Shown here piece after piece: positions 50,682 through 61,992 of a DNA stretch of 64,000 nt. The stretch lies in contig NW_024704743.1 in assembly GCF_018977255.1 (NCBI RefSeq), positions 47,494,001 through 47,558,000 of the forward strand, in the 5' to 3' direction. Source of the DNA: Callorhinchus milii. Its lineage: Eukaryota. The position numbers and the translations under genes are program-made. Under the pieces are notes generated by a model. It saw nothing but the letters and a program-made list of their open reading frames with translations. It searched no databases and was not told where the DNA came from. Position 1 is the stretch's first letter. Each line of letters begins with the position of its first letter.

Positions 50682-53359
50682 TTGGCTTACAAGGTTAGCA
50701 GGAGCAAGTAATTAGCGCCACAATTCATATTGACTACCTGTAGAAACGTTCCATTGATGAAGGCTATACAATAATCAATAATGCTCTGGAGAAATGGAGA
50801 TTTTCCTGGCTCAGGTATTAAATTTATTGAGTTTTCCAATGAGAATTTATTCATTCTCCTTTCTCCAGACATGGCATCTCAAACCAACTTGAGTCCCTGC
50901 TTAACTCCCCCTTCCCTATTGAAGTATGACCGTCAAATACAATAGAACACAGTCTCATGCTATCTTTGATTATATCCAGATGGCAAAGGTAACCAGCATT
51001 GTTCAAGTTGGTAAGAATAGGAAACATAAATTTTAACATTCAGCAACAGTTGATTACTGCACATTAATGCTATCTGTGCAACATAATATACTGTACTTAT
51101 TTTTAAATAATTAATTAACACTAACTAACTAATATCACATCAGTTTTGAGATGATAACTACAACATTTTTAAAAAATTAAATATTCAGTGTCTTTAATGG
51201 GTTGATTATTTTTTTAAAAATCTATTGTTATTTTCACAACAGAAAGACAAAATAATAATTTTGCTTAAGAGCATTTTCCTGGAAGTGGAGTGGAGGTAGG
51301 GATTGGGGAGTGGGAGGGGAAGAGAGGTAAGACAGAGGCCTATCATAATGGTATCACAACCAATTTAATCATGTGTTTATTATCCACAAAATGGTCACTT
51401 CCAGTATAAATTAGGAGATTGGTTATTTAGGTTACAGAAAGACCAATATTTGTATTGAAAACACTGGTGGACTTTTCTTCTGCATTCAGGATGGCAAAGG
51501 GAATACTTTAGTAGATATTTTGAGTTGTTTTCCTATAATTTCCATTTCAAATTCCATTCAATTTTGAGAAATATTGCCACAAATTACTTTTGTGACAATG
51601 GTAATTTAACTAAAAGCATAAATTAGATTCCCACTAATTACTTCATATTCGATGAATGATAACTGGAAGCTTCTTAAAAGTCAATTTGTTTTCTGTTGTT
51701 CAGTCCTACAATTGCATTTCCAACGATTTTTCCCATTCATCATCTCCCTCTGTTCAGTGAATAATTTCAGACTAAATGTAATGCAAATTCCATTCAAATT
51801 CCACGTGGTCAGAGCCGATATCATGACTATCTAAAGCACATCAAATATCTGGCTTGTTGAGGTTTAATGATCAGTGCATATGGTCAGAAGGCCTTCAACC
51901 AATCACACATTATTGTTGGCTTTTTCCATTCAGAATTCCTTAATAACAGGAACTCCACTCCGGAAGTAAATCTTGTTGGAGGTCACAATTGTTAGTATGA
52001 CATAATCCTGAATGGGGCCATCATTTGCATGATTTGGATTTTTTATTAAGGAATCCCATTAAGAAATACTGCAATTAGACCCCATAATGTCAAAACCATA
52101 ATGTCAAGAGTTTATTGAAAAATAACATTTCTTTAGCTTAGCTCCAGTCAACACCTTGCTACAAGCTATAATTTCCCGTTTGTATTTGTTAGTGTACATT
52201 TTTAAATTGTCATTAACTCTGAAGTCAGTTTTTTCTACATTTGAAAACAATTTTTTTTACAAAATATTTTGGAAGATTATTAGTTATTATTGCAGTAAAA
52301 ACTATTAAGTGTGTATTAAGAGAATAAATATTTGTGTACATTTCAATATTACACCATCCGTTTCTGCTGGGAGTTTGCCAGTCATATTGAAATGTGACAA
52401 CTGTGTTCAAAGTTTAAAAAATTGAGGTATTATTAAAGATACTCCTGGGATTACAACAACAACTTGCACGTATATAGTGCCCTTCACACAGGAGCTATAT
52501 ACATCTCAATTGCTAGCCAACCAGGGATATTCTGCTGCACTACTCACTGTTTCAATGATAAAATAGATTACAGCAATGTAACCCTCAGAAAATAAATACA
52601 CTGAAAATGAAAGGCAGCCTGCTGCCCATCACCATGTCTGTAAGATACAGCAATAACAATTAGGCAAATCCTTTGTTTGCCTGTCATCAGAAATGCCCAC
52701 ATGCTTTGTTATTTTTCTTAAACTTTATTATAGGTTTCATAAACAAAGTGGAAACAGTTGTTAGTTTATAGATTCACTTTTTTTAAAATTGTAACTATTA
52801 TATTTTTGAATCCCTAAAATGCTGACAAATAATTCTATCAGCATTTATTGCACTCCTGAAAATAGTGCACAACCACAAAAAACACCCAAATCTGTTTTGC
52901 AAATTAATAAAAGCCTTTTTATACTCAATGAAACCTTTGAATAACTGACCTTTAATATGTGGGTATTGACATGGTATTCACTGATTCAATTTAGAAAGTC
53001 CTCTAATTCCCATTTACTACTTTGAACATGGTCTACAGTGCAGCATTCATTCAGTGTACTGGCAATATGGCATAAAAATATGTTCTCAGCTCTAACTGAA
53101 GAACTCTCAACTCCCTATCCGCAGAACTCTATAATATTATTTCCTTTATTTTCAGTGTTGAAGTGAAGTGGAAAGGCCATTTGCTAAGTGAGAGAAAATA
53201 GAAAATTCTTGAGCAACTAAACCGCAGCATAGCAGCTGTATGAATCCTGACCGTGACGAGGTCAGAAACCATCATAGTAGCACAGACTAAGAGGAGAGGG
53301 TTAAGCAGATCTTCAAGTGGAATGGTTCAGCGCAGTTTGACATTGCTTGTTAAACTCAC

Positions 53360-53368
53360 CAAATCCAT
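53360..53368 (-). CDS. CREB5: Candidate alternative first coding exon end (ATG GAT TTG = Met-Asp-Leu) splicing in phase 0 to the INSVMNLEQ exon
   Basis: Minus strand reads agcagtATGGATTTG|GTGAGT: strong Kozak context (A-3, G+4), consensus donor, and a frame compatible with exon 27336-27401. It sits in a repeat-free segment. No transcript evidence. Confidence 0.5.
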
Positions 53369-53859
53369 ACTGCTACTCCTTTTTTAAAAAAATCCTACTG
53401 GAACAGGAACCAGACAGAAGCATACTTGCCCCACAAATGCTCTTTATCCAGGACTGTTCATGAACACTGAACCACTTTCACATGTGTCCGTGTGATTTAT
53501 TTCAATTGCTTTACTATTCAGTCATGAGTCTATCACAGCGTGTATTGGTGCCATGAGCTTTTCTCTGTGGAGAGAGAGATGGAAGCAGTTGTTATTTTTG
53601 TGACGGCTTCTGTATCGTTTATCAGATTGAGATTTGGGACTGACACTCAGCAACAACAATAGTTTTCTGTTTTTAAAATGACTATTCTTCTCTGATTTTC
53701 TTGCTTCCCTGCTCATTTCTGAAGGCTTTGAATCCTTTTTCCTTTTACTGGGGCATTGGGTCTACTGGTAGCACTGAATGTCAGCAGAGGGACATATTTC
53801 TGCAACAGACAAACAAAAGGATGACTGTTTATCCATAAGAGTTTGCTTATGAAAACAAT

Positions 53860-55090
53860 GGCGATGTTATCTGCAGACATGGGGTTAACTTCCACATGCA
53901 TACAGATGACACCCAACTCTGTCTGCCATTACTATCAATTGCAGGATAACTGCTGTCGCACATCAAATCCTGTATGAGCTTTCTTATGTTGAACGTCAAC
54001 AAGATAAATAATAATAATTGCATTTGATATAGCACCTTATCACATCATTGAGATGTCTCAATTGTTTCACAGAATATATTGTAAAGTGGATTGATTATGT
54101 ATTTTGTGGGCAAAAAGGACATGAGCTGCAGAGTTCTGGATCGTCTGCAGTTTGTGAAGGGAAGAGGCAGATAGTCCAGCAAGTTGGAGTAATGTAGCTT
54201 GGGTGTGATGAATGCATGATTAGGGTCGAGGGCAAAAAGCTCTCATACTTGGCTCCCCTCAGCACCTTCTCCCCTCAGGTGCTGGCAGCATCAAACTACT
54301 TGCACACTCCACCTCACAGAATTTGTGCGAAATTTCAGTGCCTTGTTTGACTCTTAACTACTTTAAATAATAATAGCATTTGAAATAGCGCCTTATCGCA
54401 TCAATGAGACATCTCAAATGCTTCACAGAATATATTGTAAGACACGAGCCTCACATTCATACTTGACTCACTCAGCTTTTCCCCCACCTCTGTAACATTG
54501 GCCGTCTTCACCACTAACCCTCTCCTCAGGCCACCAAAACCCTAATCCACACATTCATTACATCCACGCTAGATTATGCCAACTCCCTGGACTATCCACC
54601 TCTTCCCTTCACAAGCTGCAGACTAACCAGAACTCTGCAGCTTGTGACCTTTCCCCCACTAGGCTCCATGAGCCATCCTCACTGGCTCCCCATTCCCCAG
54701 TGGATTGAGTTTAAGATCCTTGTTTTATCCTTTAAATCTCTCCATGGTCTTGCCCCAAACTACTTCTGTGATCTCCTCAAACACTACCAACCTAGCCATT
54801 CTCTTTGCTCAGTGGACATCAGCCGGTTTCACCTCCCCTGCTCCAACATTGGTGACTGGGCCTTCAGCGTATCTGTCCCAACTCTCTGAAACTCAACCCT
54901 GGAATCCCAAAGACTCACCCCTTCCCTCACCTCTTTCATGGTTTGCCTCTTTGACCGCACTTGTGATCATTTAAATCCTCGCCCCCCACAATCCCTTCAT
55001 CCACATGCTCTCAGTCCCCACTGCAAACAATGGACTTTCCAGTGCCTTGGGACATCCTCCTGTATAAATGTAAATTTGTTATTATTGTTG
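53860..55090 (+). mobile_element. Old L2 fragment interrupted by two SINE tails (54005-54115, 54365-54440) and an inverted copy of itself
   Basis: catggggttaacttccacatgcatacagatgacacccaac (YADD region) through HWLPIPQWIEFKIL (ORF 54644..54889) and tail. Confidence 0.85.
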
Positions 55091-55167
55091 TCAATGTTAA
55101 CAGTAATTATTGTTTGGTACTTTCAGATGTTTCAATGTTACAAGGACTATAAAAATAAATATTACAT

Positions 55168-55282
55168 ATAATAATAATCCTTGCAATTGATATGGCGCTT
55201 TATCACGTCGTTGAGACGTATCAAAGTGCTTCACATAATATAGTGTAAAGTGATATGGTTGTATATTTTGGGGGCGAAATAT
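55168..55282 (-). mobile_element. SINE tail fragment (others at about 4297-4397 +, 36320-36460 +)
   Basis: ataatccttgcaattgatatggcgctttatcacgtcgttgagacg. Confidence 0.8.
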
Positions 55283-55390
55283 GCCTACCTGCTATTCATG
55301 TGTTTCTTTTAATCTGTGAGAGCTGCCTTTGATGTCTAGTTTACTTAATTTCAAAGGATGCAAGAAGTAAATTGAACCCTAGAACAAAAC

Positions 55391-55893
55391 CGCTTCGCGA
55401 CCACATCACTCCCACCCTCGCTCGCCTCCACTGGCTTCCCATCCCCCAGAGGATCGAATTCAAGATCCTCATCCTCACCTACAAGGTCATTCACGACCTT
55501 GCTTCCTCCTACCTCTCTGACCTACTATCCCCCTACTTACCTGCCCGTACCCTCCGTTCCTCTGGTTCTGGTCTGCTCCACATCCCCCGCCCTAACTGCC
55601 CTACCATCGGTGGCCGCGCTTTCAGCCTCTCAGCCCCGAGGCTCTGGAACTCCATTCCCCAGTGCCTTCACCTTGCTTCCTCCCTTTCCTCCTTCAAGGC
55701 CGGTCTCAAGACCTTTCTCTTCAGTCGTGCCTTCAGCTCTCCCCTCGACTCTCTACCCCCTCCTCGCTCCCTCCCTTCCCACCCCTCACCCTGACCATTT
55801 CCTGCCTGCTCGGGTCCCGACCCAACTATCCAGCGCCTTGGGACATCCTCCTGACGTGAAAGGCGCTCTATAAATGCAATCTTGTTGTTGTTG
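55391..55893 (+). mobile_element. L2 3' fragment, close relative of the 62-63.6 kb copy
   Basis: ORF 55372..55794 [17 protein letters not shown]. (TTG)n tail. Confidence 0.93.
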
Positions 55894-56973
55894 CTCCAAA
55901 CCCAAGAGTACCAAGGCCAATTATAGTACACTGACATCAGCCAACAACACATATCAACAGTTGAAATAATACAGACTTCGGACAAAATCAGATGCTCCTG
56001 AGTGAGAAGGCAAGGTGGTGAACACTCAGTTAATAGAAAATAAATGCATAATGTGTAAGAAATATTTGGAAAAATATCATTTGTATTTAATTTTGGAATT
56101 TGTGAACATATATTTTTAAAGAGCAGGCAATGAAGGCAATGAATGTGGAAATTATAATTATTAATATTTGCAATTCATATAGCACCTTATGAGATTTAAA
56201 CATCTCATAGTCCTTCACTTAGTTTGAAGTACTGTGATTATTGCTACGTTAGCAAATTCAGAAACTGATACGAATCAGAAACATCCCACAAACTGCAATA
56301 AGATGAATGACAATTTTTTTTACAATGAGAAATATTAGGAGGAGTTTTTTGCACTTCTTTGAAATAATGTCATTGGATTAATGTATTCCACTTGAATTAA
56401 TAACTGGCAGATGGTTAACCTTTGTTAACTATCTCACCAAAATAATACTCTAATAATACAGCACTCTTGAGAGGGTGCTATATATAGCATGGAGGGTGCT
56501 ATATAAGTGCAAGTTGTTGTTAGTCTTGCAGTACTCCCTCAGTACCTCACTTAAGTGAAAACCTATATGTTAAGCGTAAGTTCTGGTGTATGGATCAAAC
56601 CTACTGCCTTCTGATCCAGAAAAAAAATAAAGGCCAACAGAGAAAATGGTGACTCGGAAACTTAGTACACTTTTCTTTCATTTCTGGGATAAGGATTTAT
56701 TTCCAGTAAAAAGTGATTCACCTCAGGCTAGCTGTAAGAATCCTACATAAGAGCACCAACCCTGTTTCTGCTGGTCAGCACATCTCCACAAAATGATTCA
56801 TAATTTAGCAACATCTTAGGTAATTAAGCCCATTGATTTTTTTTTAATCAGGTTGTGCAATTCTTTACATTTTTAAACAAAATCTCCTGAGTTTATCACA
56901 AGTTATTAAACTTTTTGCAACTGTGTTACTTCTTATTGAGATATGTAAAATCTGCAGATAGGTGATGTAGAAT

Positions 56974-57236
56974 TATAATAATCCTTGCATTTGATATCAC
57001 GTCTTTGAGACATCTCAAAGAGCTTCACAGAATATAATGTAAAGTGTAGTAACTGAAACCACCACAGCCAACTGCACACAGCAGTATCCCACAAACAGTC
57101 GTGCATTGAGTGACCAATATTTTCTTTTGGAGGGAATATTGTGCCAAGCAATCTGCCAATCGACTAACAACTGGGTTCCTACTTACTGTTAGGTAAACAG
57201 AGATGTGTGGAGTAAGGAAATTTGCCTAAGGTTTTG
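56974..57236 (-). mobile_element. Same SINE family, long variant, head missing
   Basis: Reverse match to 43940-44220. Confidence 0.85.
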
Positions 57237-60200
57237 AATTGGAGAGAATTCACACCTCTTATTAAATTAACCAAACACAGAGTCTACAACTTTTTAAATC
57301 TGAATTAAAAGCTTTTGTTTGCTCCACTGTATACCTGCAGAATGCTGCCATTAAAATTTTATATAACATCCACAACAAAATTACATTTGTGTAGCGCCTT
57401 TCACGTCGGGAGGACATCCCAAGGCGCTAGAAACTATTTGCTTGATTTGCATAAAACGGGTACTTTTACTCAGAGGCAGTACAAACAGATGGTTTGCAAA
57501 TCATACTGAGAACGATGCCAAGAGTAAAAAAAGTGTTTTATTCCTCTCAATTACAGTAATTTATTTGGCTATGAAAGACACAAAATCATGTTGCATTAAG
57601 GCCATGAAACACAATCCAAATATAATGAATGTAAAAGTTTATGACATTTTAGCAGTTCTAAATAAAAGTAGCCATTTATTACTTTAAACATTCACCAAAT
57701 GCACACACCTGAGCCATTGCTTCACCCGTCCTCGGTCAAGTAATCTGCAGAAGAGAGAAGCTTCTGCGGGGATAGAAAAACAGAGGACAGGGTAGGACTG
57801 GATCATTCCTAGAACGGAATGGAAGGACACCATGTTCCTGGTGGAGGGGAGCGATAATAAAAGTGTTCTGAAAGCAGGAAGGCGTTTTTGAAACAACCAT
57901 CCCATATTAATGTAATCAATTTAGTCATAGGCATGTACTCCAATACTTTGTTTTAAATTTCAACAACATTAATTAAAAGGACATATTGCAACAAATGAAG
58001 CCGAGAGCATGGAGAGGATTTTTGGTTGCATTTTAAAAATCCCTTGATAGTTTGCTAACTTTAAATAAATAAATGTTTTATGGGTTATTAGATGTGTTAA
58101 ATTCTACAATTATCAGAAGCTTGAGCTAAACTATTAGAACAGTATTTATAGATTTTAATTAAGAAAAAGCTCTTTTCAAGGAGCCTGACTGTATCAGTGT
58201 TCGTCTGGAACAATATAGAATACAGCTGCATGCTATGATTTTGTGACATAACTGTATATATGATTAAAAATACCAGAAAATTACCCAAATAGAATTAACA
58301 CATTTAGAAATCTGATTGTGCTAACAACTTCTTATGTGATATATCAGCTATTGCAAGACTACACAGAAGTCTTCACAGTTTTAGCTTTTAATTTACTGCT
58401 ATTTGCAGCAGGCTACAAACCACAAATAACTCTGACAAAAACATTTTAGCTCTCAAACACAACCATTTTTAGTATGTTGAAATATTGAATTAAAACACAT
58501 AAACCATTGCTACATGTGGGTTTGACCAGATAATCCCCTTCACTCTAGTTTTTAAGCGACTGGAGTCATTAGGTTTGTTGCCCAACTATTTTGTACGATA
58601 AACTATAATTTCGAAATTAACACACCACAAAACCTGACCCTCTGTTTCTAATCTTGAATAATACCTGATTCTTGTTTTAACATGTACTTGTTGCACAATT
58701 TACGTTTGACCCTGCTGCAGCAAACCTTGCAAGGCATGACCTAGTATTTTATAGGTACTGTAATACTCTCTGGGAGATCTACACTGCGTTTTGATCCATG
58801 ATCTCAGGCAATTCACAAATTGTTTCTCCTGGGGTCTGTGTGGCAGAACACCACAGGCTTTAATACAGTGGTGGTCTGTGTGTGTGTGTGTGTGTGAGTG
58901 AGTGAGTGTGTGAGTGTGTGTGGAGAGTAAACACTGCTCCATCGAGTTCTCTTGATCGCGATGACTTCATCAACAGTTCAGTAAGTGCAGACGGTGCAAA
59001 CTTCAGCTTCGGTACAGTTTATCCATCTGTCTGGAACCATAAGCATTCCACACCAATTCTGTGAAAAGCTTTGCAATTAATAAGCGTTGCCCTGATGTAA
59101 TGTGCTGCTGCCCAGGAGCGCGGATAGGAACAGCTTCCAAAGCTCACTGAGCCCTGTGCACTGCAGAGCACACGCTTCTCAACATATGGGTTGTTTAACG
59201 TTAAGAATCGCCTTTATATAACTAAAAGTAACCCCCACACCCCCACCCACACCCCATGTACCAGCTCATCTGATCGTGATATTAACCCTCTGCAGCCCAG
59301 TCGATCTGTCTCCCAGCAGCAGAGTGACCGTGTGGACTGGTGTGAAGCACTTTGCTCTCAGGCTGCGCTGCGCTGCGCTGTGCAACAGTGCGAGCGCGGT
59401 CCCTAGCGATGATTTTCTTAACTTAAAAAGGTCAGTGCCTTTCAGAGCAATGCTAATCCTCTCAAATTTACAACCGGGTAGAGTGCAAACTACTTCATCT
59501 ACATCATATTCAGTCAAATTTAAAATATGTGGAGGGGGGGGGAACTCTGTCGTCGCAAACAAATAAGAAATACAGACTACAGTTTCCAGCCAACCTTTCC
59601 CCAGGTGCACGACGCTGGAAATAAATACATTCGTTTCACACGCGAGGAATGTCCAGAACACACTGAGACGCAGGAATTGCTGTGAATTGCGCTGCGAGTT
59701 ATTGGTCGCTGTGCCCCTTCCCAAACTTCTGCGTTTGAAGTCAAGTTACACGGTACGGTTTCTCGCAGATCTGCTGCGAAGCGTAACTTTATAAATTGCA
59801 CAGCAGCGTTTCACAGAACCAAAGCAAACTCTGTGCATAGTTAACTGCTCGGAAAGCGGCTGAGCTGTTACGGGGGGGGAAGGGGGGCGTTTGCATTTCC
59901 GCAAAATATGAAGCAGAATTTCGATTCGGGAAAAAAAACACATAGCTTTAAGTCACGCACAGCCCGGATTCAGTCCCTCGCAACTTTACCCCGTAAGTTG
60001 CTTTTTAAAAATGAATATTTCCTCGGTTTGGGTGAAGGATGGGACAAATTTCCACGCGTGAGTCTGAATGCACCGCTTCATCGATAATTCCAGGTCCGAG
60101 TTCCAGGTCGTACATGTATCTCTTTCCACAAACAAGTACAACAACTAATGAAGGATGTCCAGGGATAGTGTGTGTGTGTGTGTGTGTGTGTGGGGGGGGG

Positions 60201-60397
60201 GGGGGGATCATTACAAGACATTTTTGTAAAGACTGCATAACTTTTAGGGAAATCCCAGTTGCTGGGATTATTGGGAATGTTGCGGCTTCACATCTTTTGA
60301 ACGATAGTCCTTTGAAAGGAGAGCGTTTTGTCAGCAGATCTGCCCTCTGAGCCCTCGATATCTCGGACTGTTAATCAAACACACTTAATAGGCTGCA

Positions 60398-60411
60398 GAA
60401 TGACGTCATTC
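60398..60411. promoter_or_regulatory. Perfect CRE within 14-bp palindrome GAATGACGTCATTC
   Basis: Direct motif match inside the CpG island. Function inferred. Confidence 0.55.
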
Positions 60412-60830
60412 CCAACCACAAGGACCGTTCCCATATCAATTAACAACATTCATTTTTGCTGACAACCGGTTTGACCCGAACGATGAACTGTTTGACACAC
60501 CATCAGCGCGTTCCCTGGACCACAAACCAGTCCCGGTTTAAAGGGATTCAAATAACAATAGCGCTCCCGATGTAAACCAGGAGGGGAAACCCGGAATCTC
60601 TCAACGCTTTATAAATCCGTGAAGTAAATTGTTGACACGGCGTAACTATATACTTTTTGCAACAAAAAAAAATGTGCGGCTTCATTCGATAAACCACCCG
60701 GAGCAACACTTCCAGCGGGTTGGAGCGACCCGACTGCGGGAAAACTGCTGACAACTGAGAAGTCAAAGTCACCGAGAAGCTAAAGTTGGTCAAACCTATA
60801 TTTCGCCCGAAATCTTTTTATTTTCTCTCT

Positions 60831-61034
60831 CCCCCACCACCACCGCCACCGCCACCACCACCACCACCACCGCCACCGCCACCGCCACCACTTTAGAGAA
60901 TTCCTCTCCGTGGTCTCTTGTGATGTGAAGGAGACACTATCACATATGCCGGAGCCCCAGACACAAAACAGCGACAAGAATACTAATGACTTCCCAACAC
61001 CGCGCTCTCCGAACAACTTTCATTTAAAACACTT

Positions 61035-61065
<31 letters not shown>
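60831..61065. repeat. (CCA/CCG)n at 60831-60891 and (TG)n at 61038-61065; other (TG)n at 58876-58921 and 60168-60191
   Basis: Direct reading. Confidence 0.9.
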
Positions 61066-61066
<1 letters not shown>

Positions 61067-61140
61067 GAAAAGTGCCGCCGCTGTGACAGCATCTCACTCC
61101 CACACTCCCTCACAGCGATGTCCCCCTCCACCACCACCAC

Positions 61141-61329
61141 CAGTCACCCACCCACCCAGTCACCCACCCACCCAGTCACCCACCCACCCAGTCACCCACC
61201 CACCCAGTCACCCACCCACCCAGTCACCCACCCACCAGTCACCCACCCACCCAGTCACCCACCCACCCAGTCACCCACCCACCCAGTCACCCACCCACCC
61301 AGTCACCCACCCACCCAGTCACCCAGTCA
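61141..61329. repeat. 16-bp minisatellite (CAGTCACCCACCCACC), about 11-12 copies
   Basis: Direct reading. It produces the HPPTQSPT/HPVT repeat ORFs. Confidence 0.95.
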
Positions 61330-61619
61330 ACAGTTTGCAAACCCCTTAACACACCCCGAAGTCTCCGGCGGTACAGTTTACTGTTTACTATTTAACACAG
61401 GGGTGGGGGGGGGTGCGGGTGGGGGGGGGATAAGAGGGGAAAAAATGGAGAGAGAGAGAGAGAGGGGGAAAGAGAAGAAGAAGAAAAAAAATGAGCAGCT
61501 GAGCAAAATGAGCAATGTTTTACACTCGGAACAACTGAGTTGCAAAGTGCCCCGAAAGCGTGCGGATACCTGCGGGGGTTGTCGCGCTGTCCCGGGAATC
61601 CTGTCCCCCACCAACTTAC

Positions 61620-61666
61620 CGAAGTGTATTGAAGAAGCGGATCTGCGGGGAAACCACGTTGGGACT
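61620..61666 (-). other. CREB5: Candidate non-coding first exon of CREB5
   Basis: Donor TCG|GTAAGT (GT at 61619-61618) inside the CpG island. Inr-like CTCAGTC with A at 61666, about 28 nt downstream of TAAATA (61694-61689). The 5' end is inferred. Confidence 0.55.
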
Positions 61667-61688
61667 GAGCGGCGATTACAATACCTTC

Positions 61689-61729
61689 TATTTACAGAAG
61701 CATTACATCACCTCTGGTGACGTCACGTG
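61689..61729 (-). promoter_or_regulatory. Core promoter cluster: CRE TGACGTCA (61718-61725) overlapping E-box CACGTG (61724-61729), C/EBP-ATF-like TGATGTAA (61710-61703), TATA-like TAAATA (61694-61689)
   Basis: Motifs read directly. The spacing relative to the Inr-like site and first donor fits a CRE-TATA promoter. Confidence 0.7.
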
Positions 61730-61992
61730 GGATTCCTGAACTTCTCGATCATTGCGGTCCCGAGGCCAGAGCGGCGGCGGCGGCGGCGGCGCCACGCACG
61801 CACGCACGGCCCGGCGGCGTCAGCGCGCAAGCACGCACGCACGCACCCACCCACCCACGTCCGTCGCCGCCGACGCGCTCGACGACGTAAAGCATGGACT
61901 GCGCGTAACAAAGGGAGGGGGCGGGGTTAGGCGCGCCTCGCCTGCTTCTCTCCAACTCCCCCCCCCCCCCCCACCACCACCACTCATGTGGT

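Larger units (their letters stand above)
59300..61990. promoter_or_regulatory. CpG island / CREB5 promoter and start of intron 1
   Basis: Sharp rise in CpG and GC content, (CGG)n and (GCAC)n tracts, GC box GGGGCGGGG near 61918-61926, and no retroposons, upstream of all CREB5 exons. Confidence 0.8.

Noticed and set aside
59210..59800. TATA-like motifs at about 59214 and 59790 as further promoters
   Set aside because: No convincing downstream minus-strand splice donor identified.
61141..61329. Possible CRISPR-like array
   Set aside because: Head-to-tail tandem units with no unique spacers, in a vertebrate context.
61038..61720. ORFs with HPPTQSPT/HPVT repeats (up to 226 aa)
   Set aside because: Products of (TG)n and the 16-bp minisatellite; no homology signal.
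61723..61752. uORF MIEKFRNPT* on the minus strand ending in the CRE
   Set aside because: It lies upstream of the inferred TSS (61666) and is relevant only if transcription starts further upstream, which cannot be shown here.
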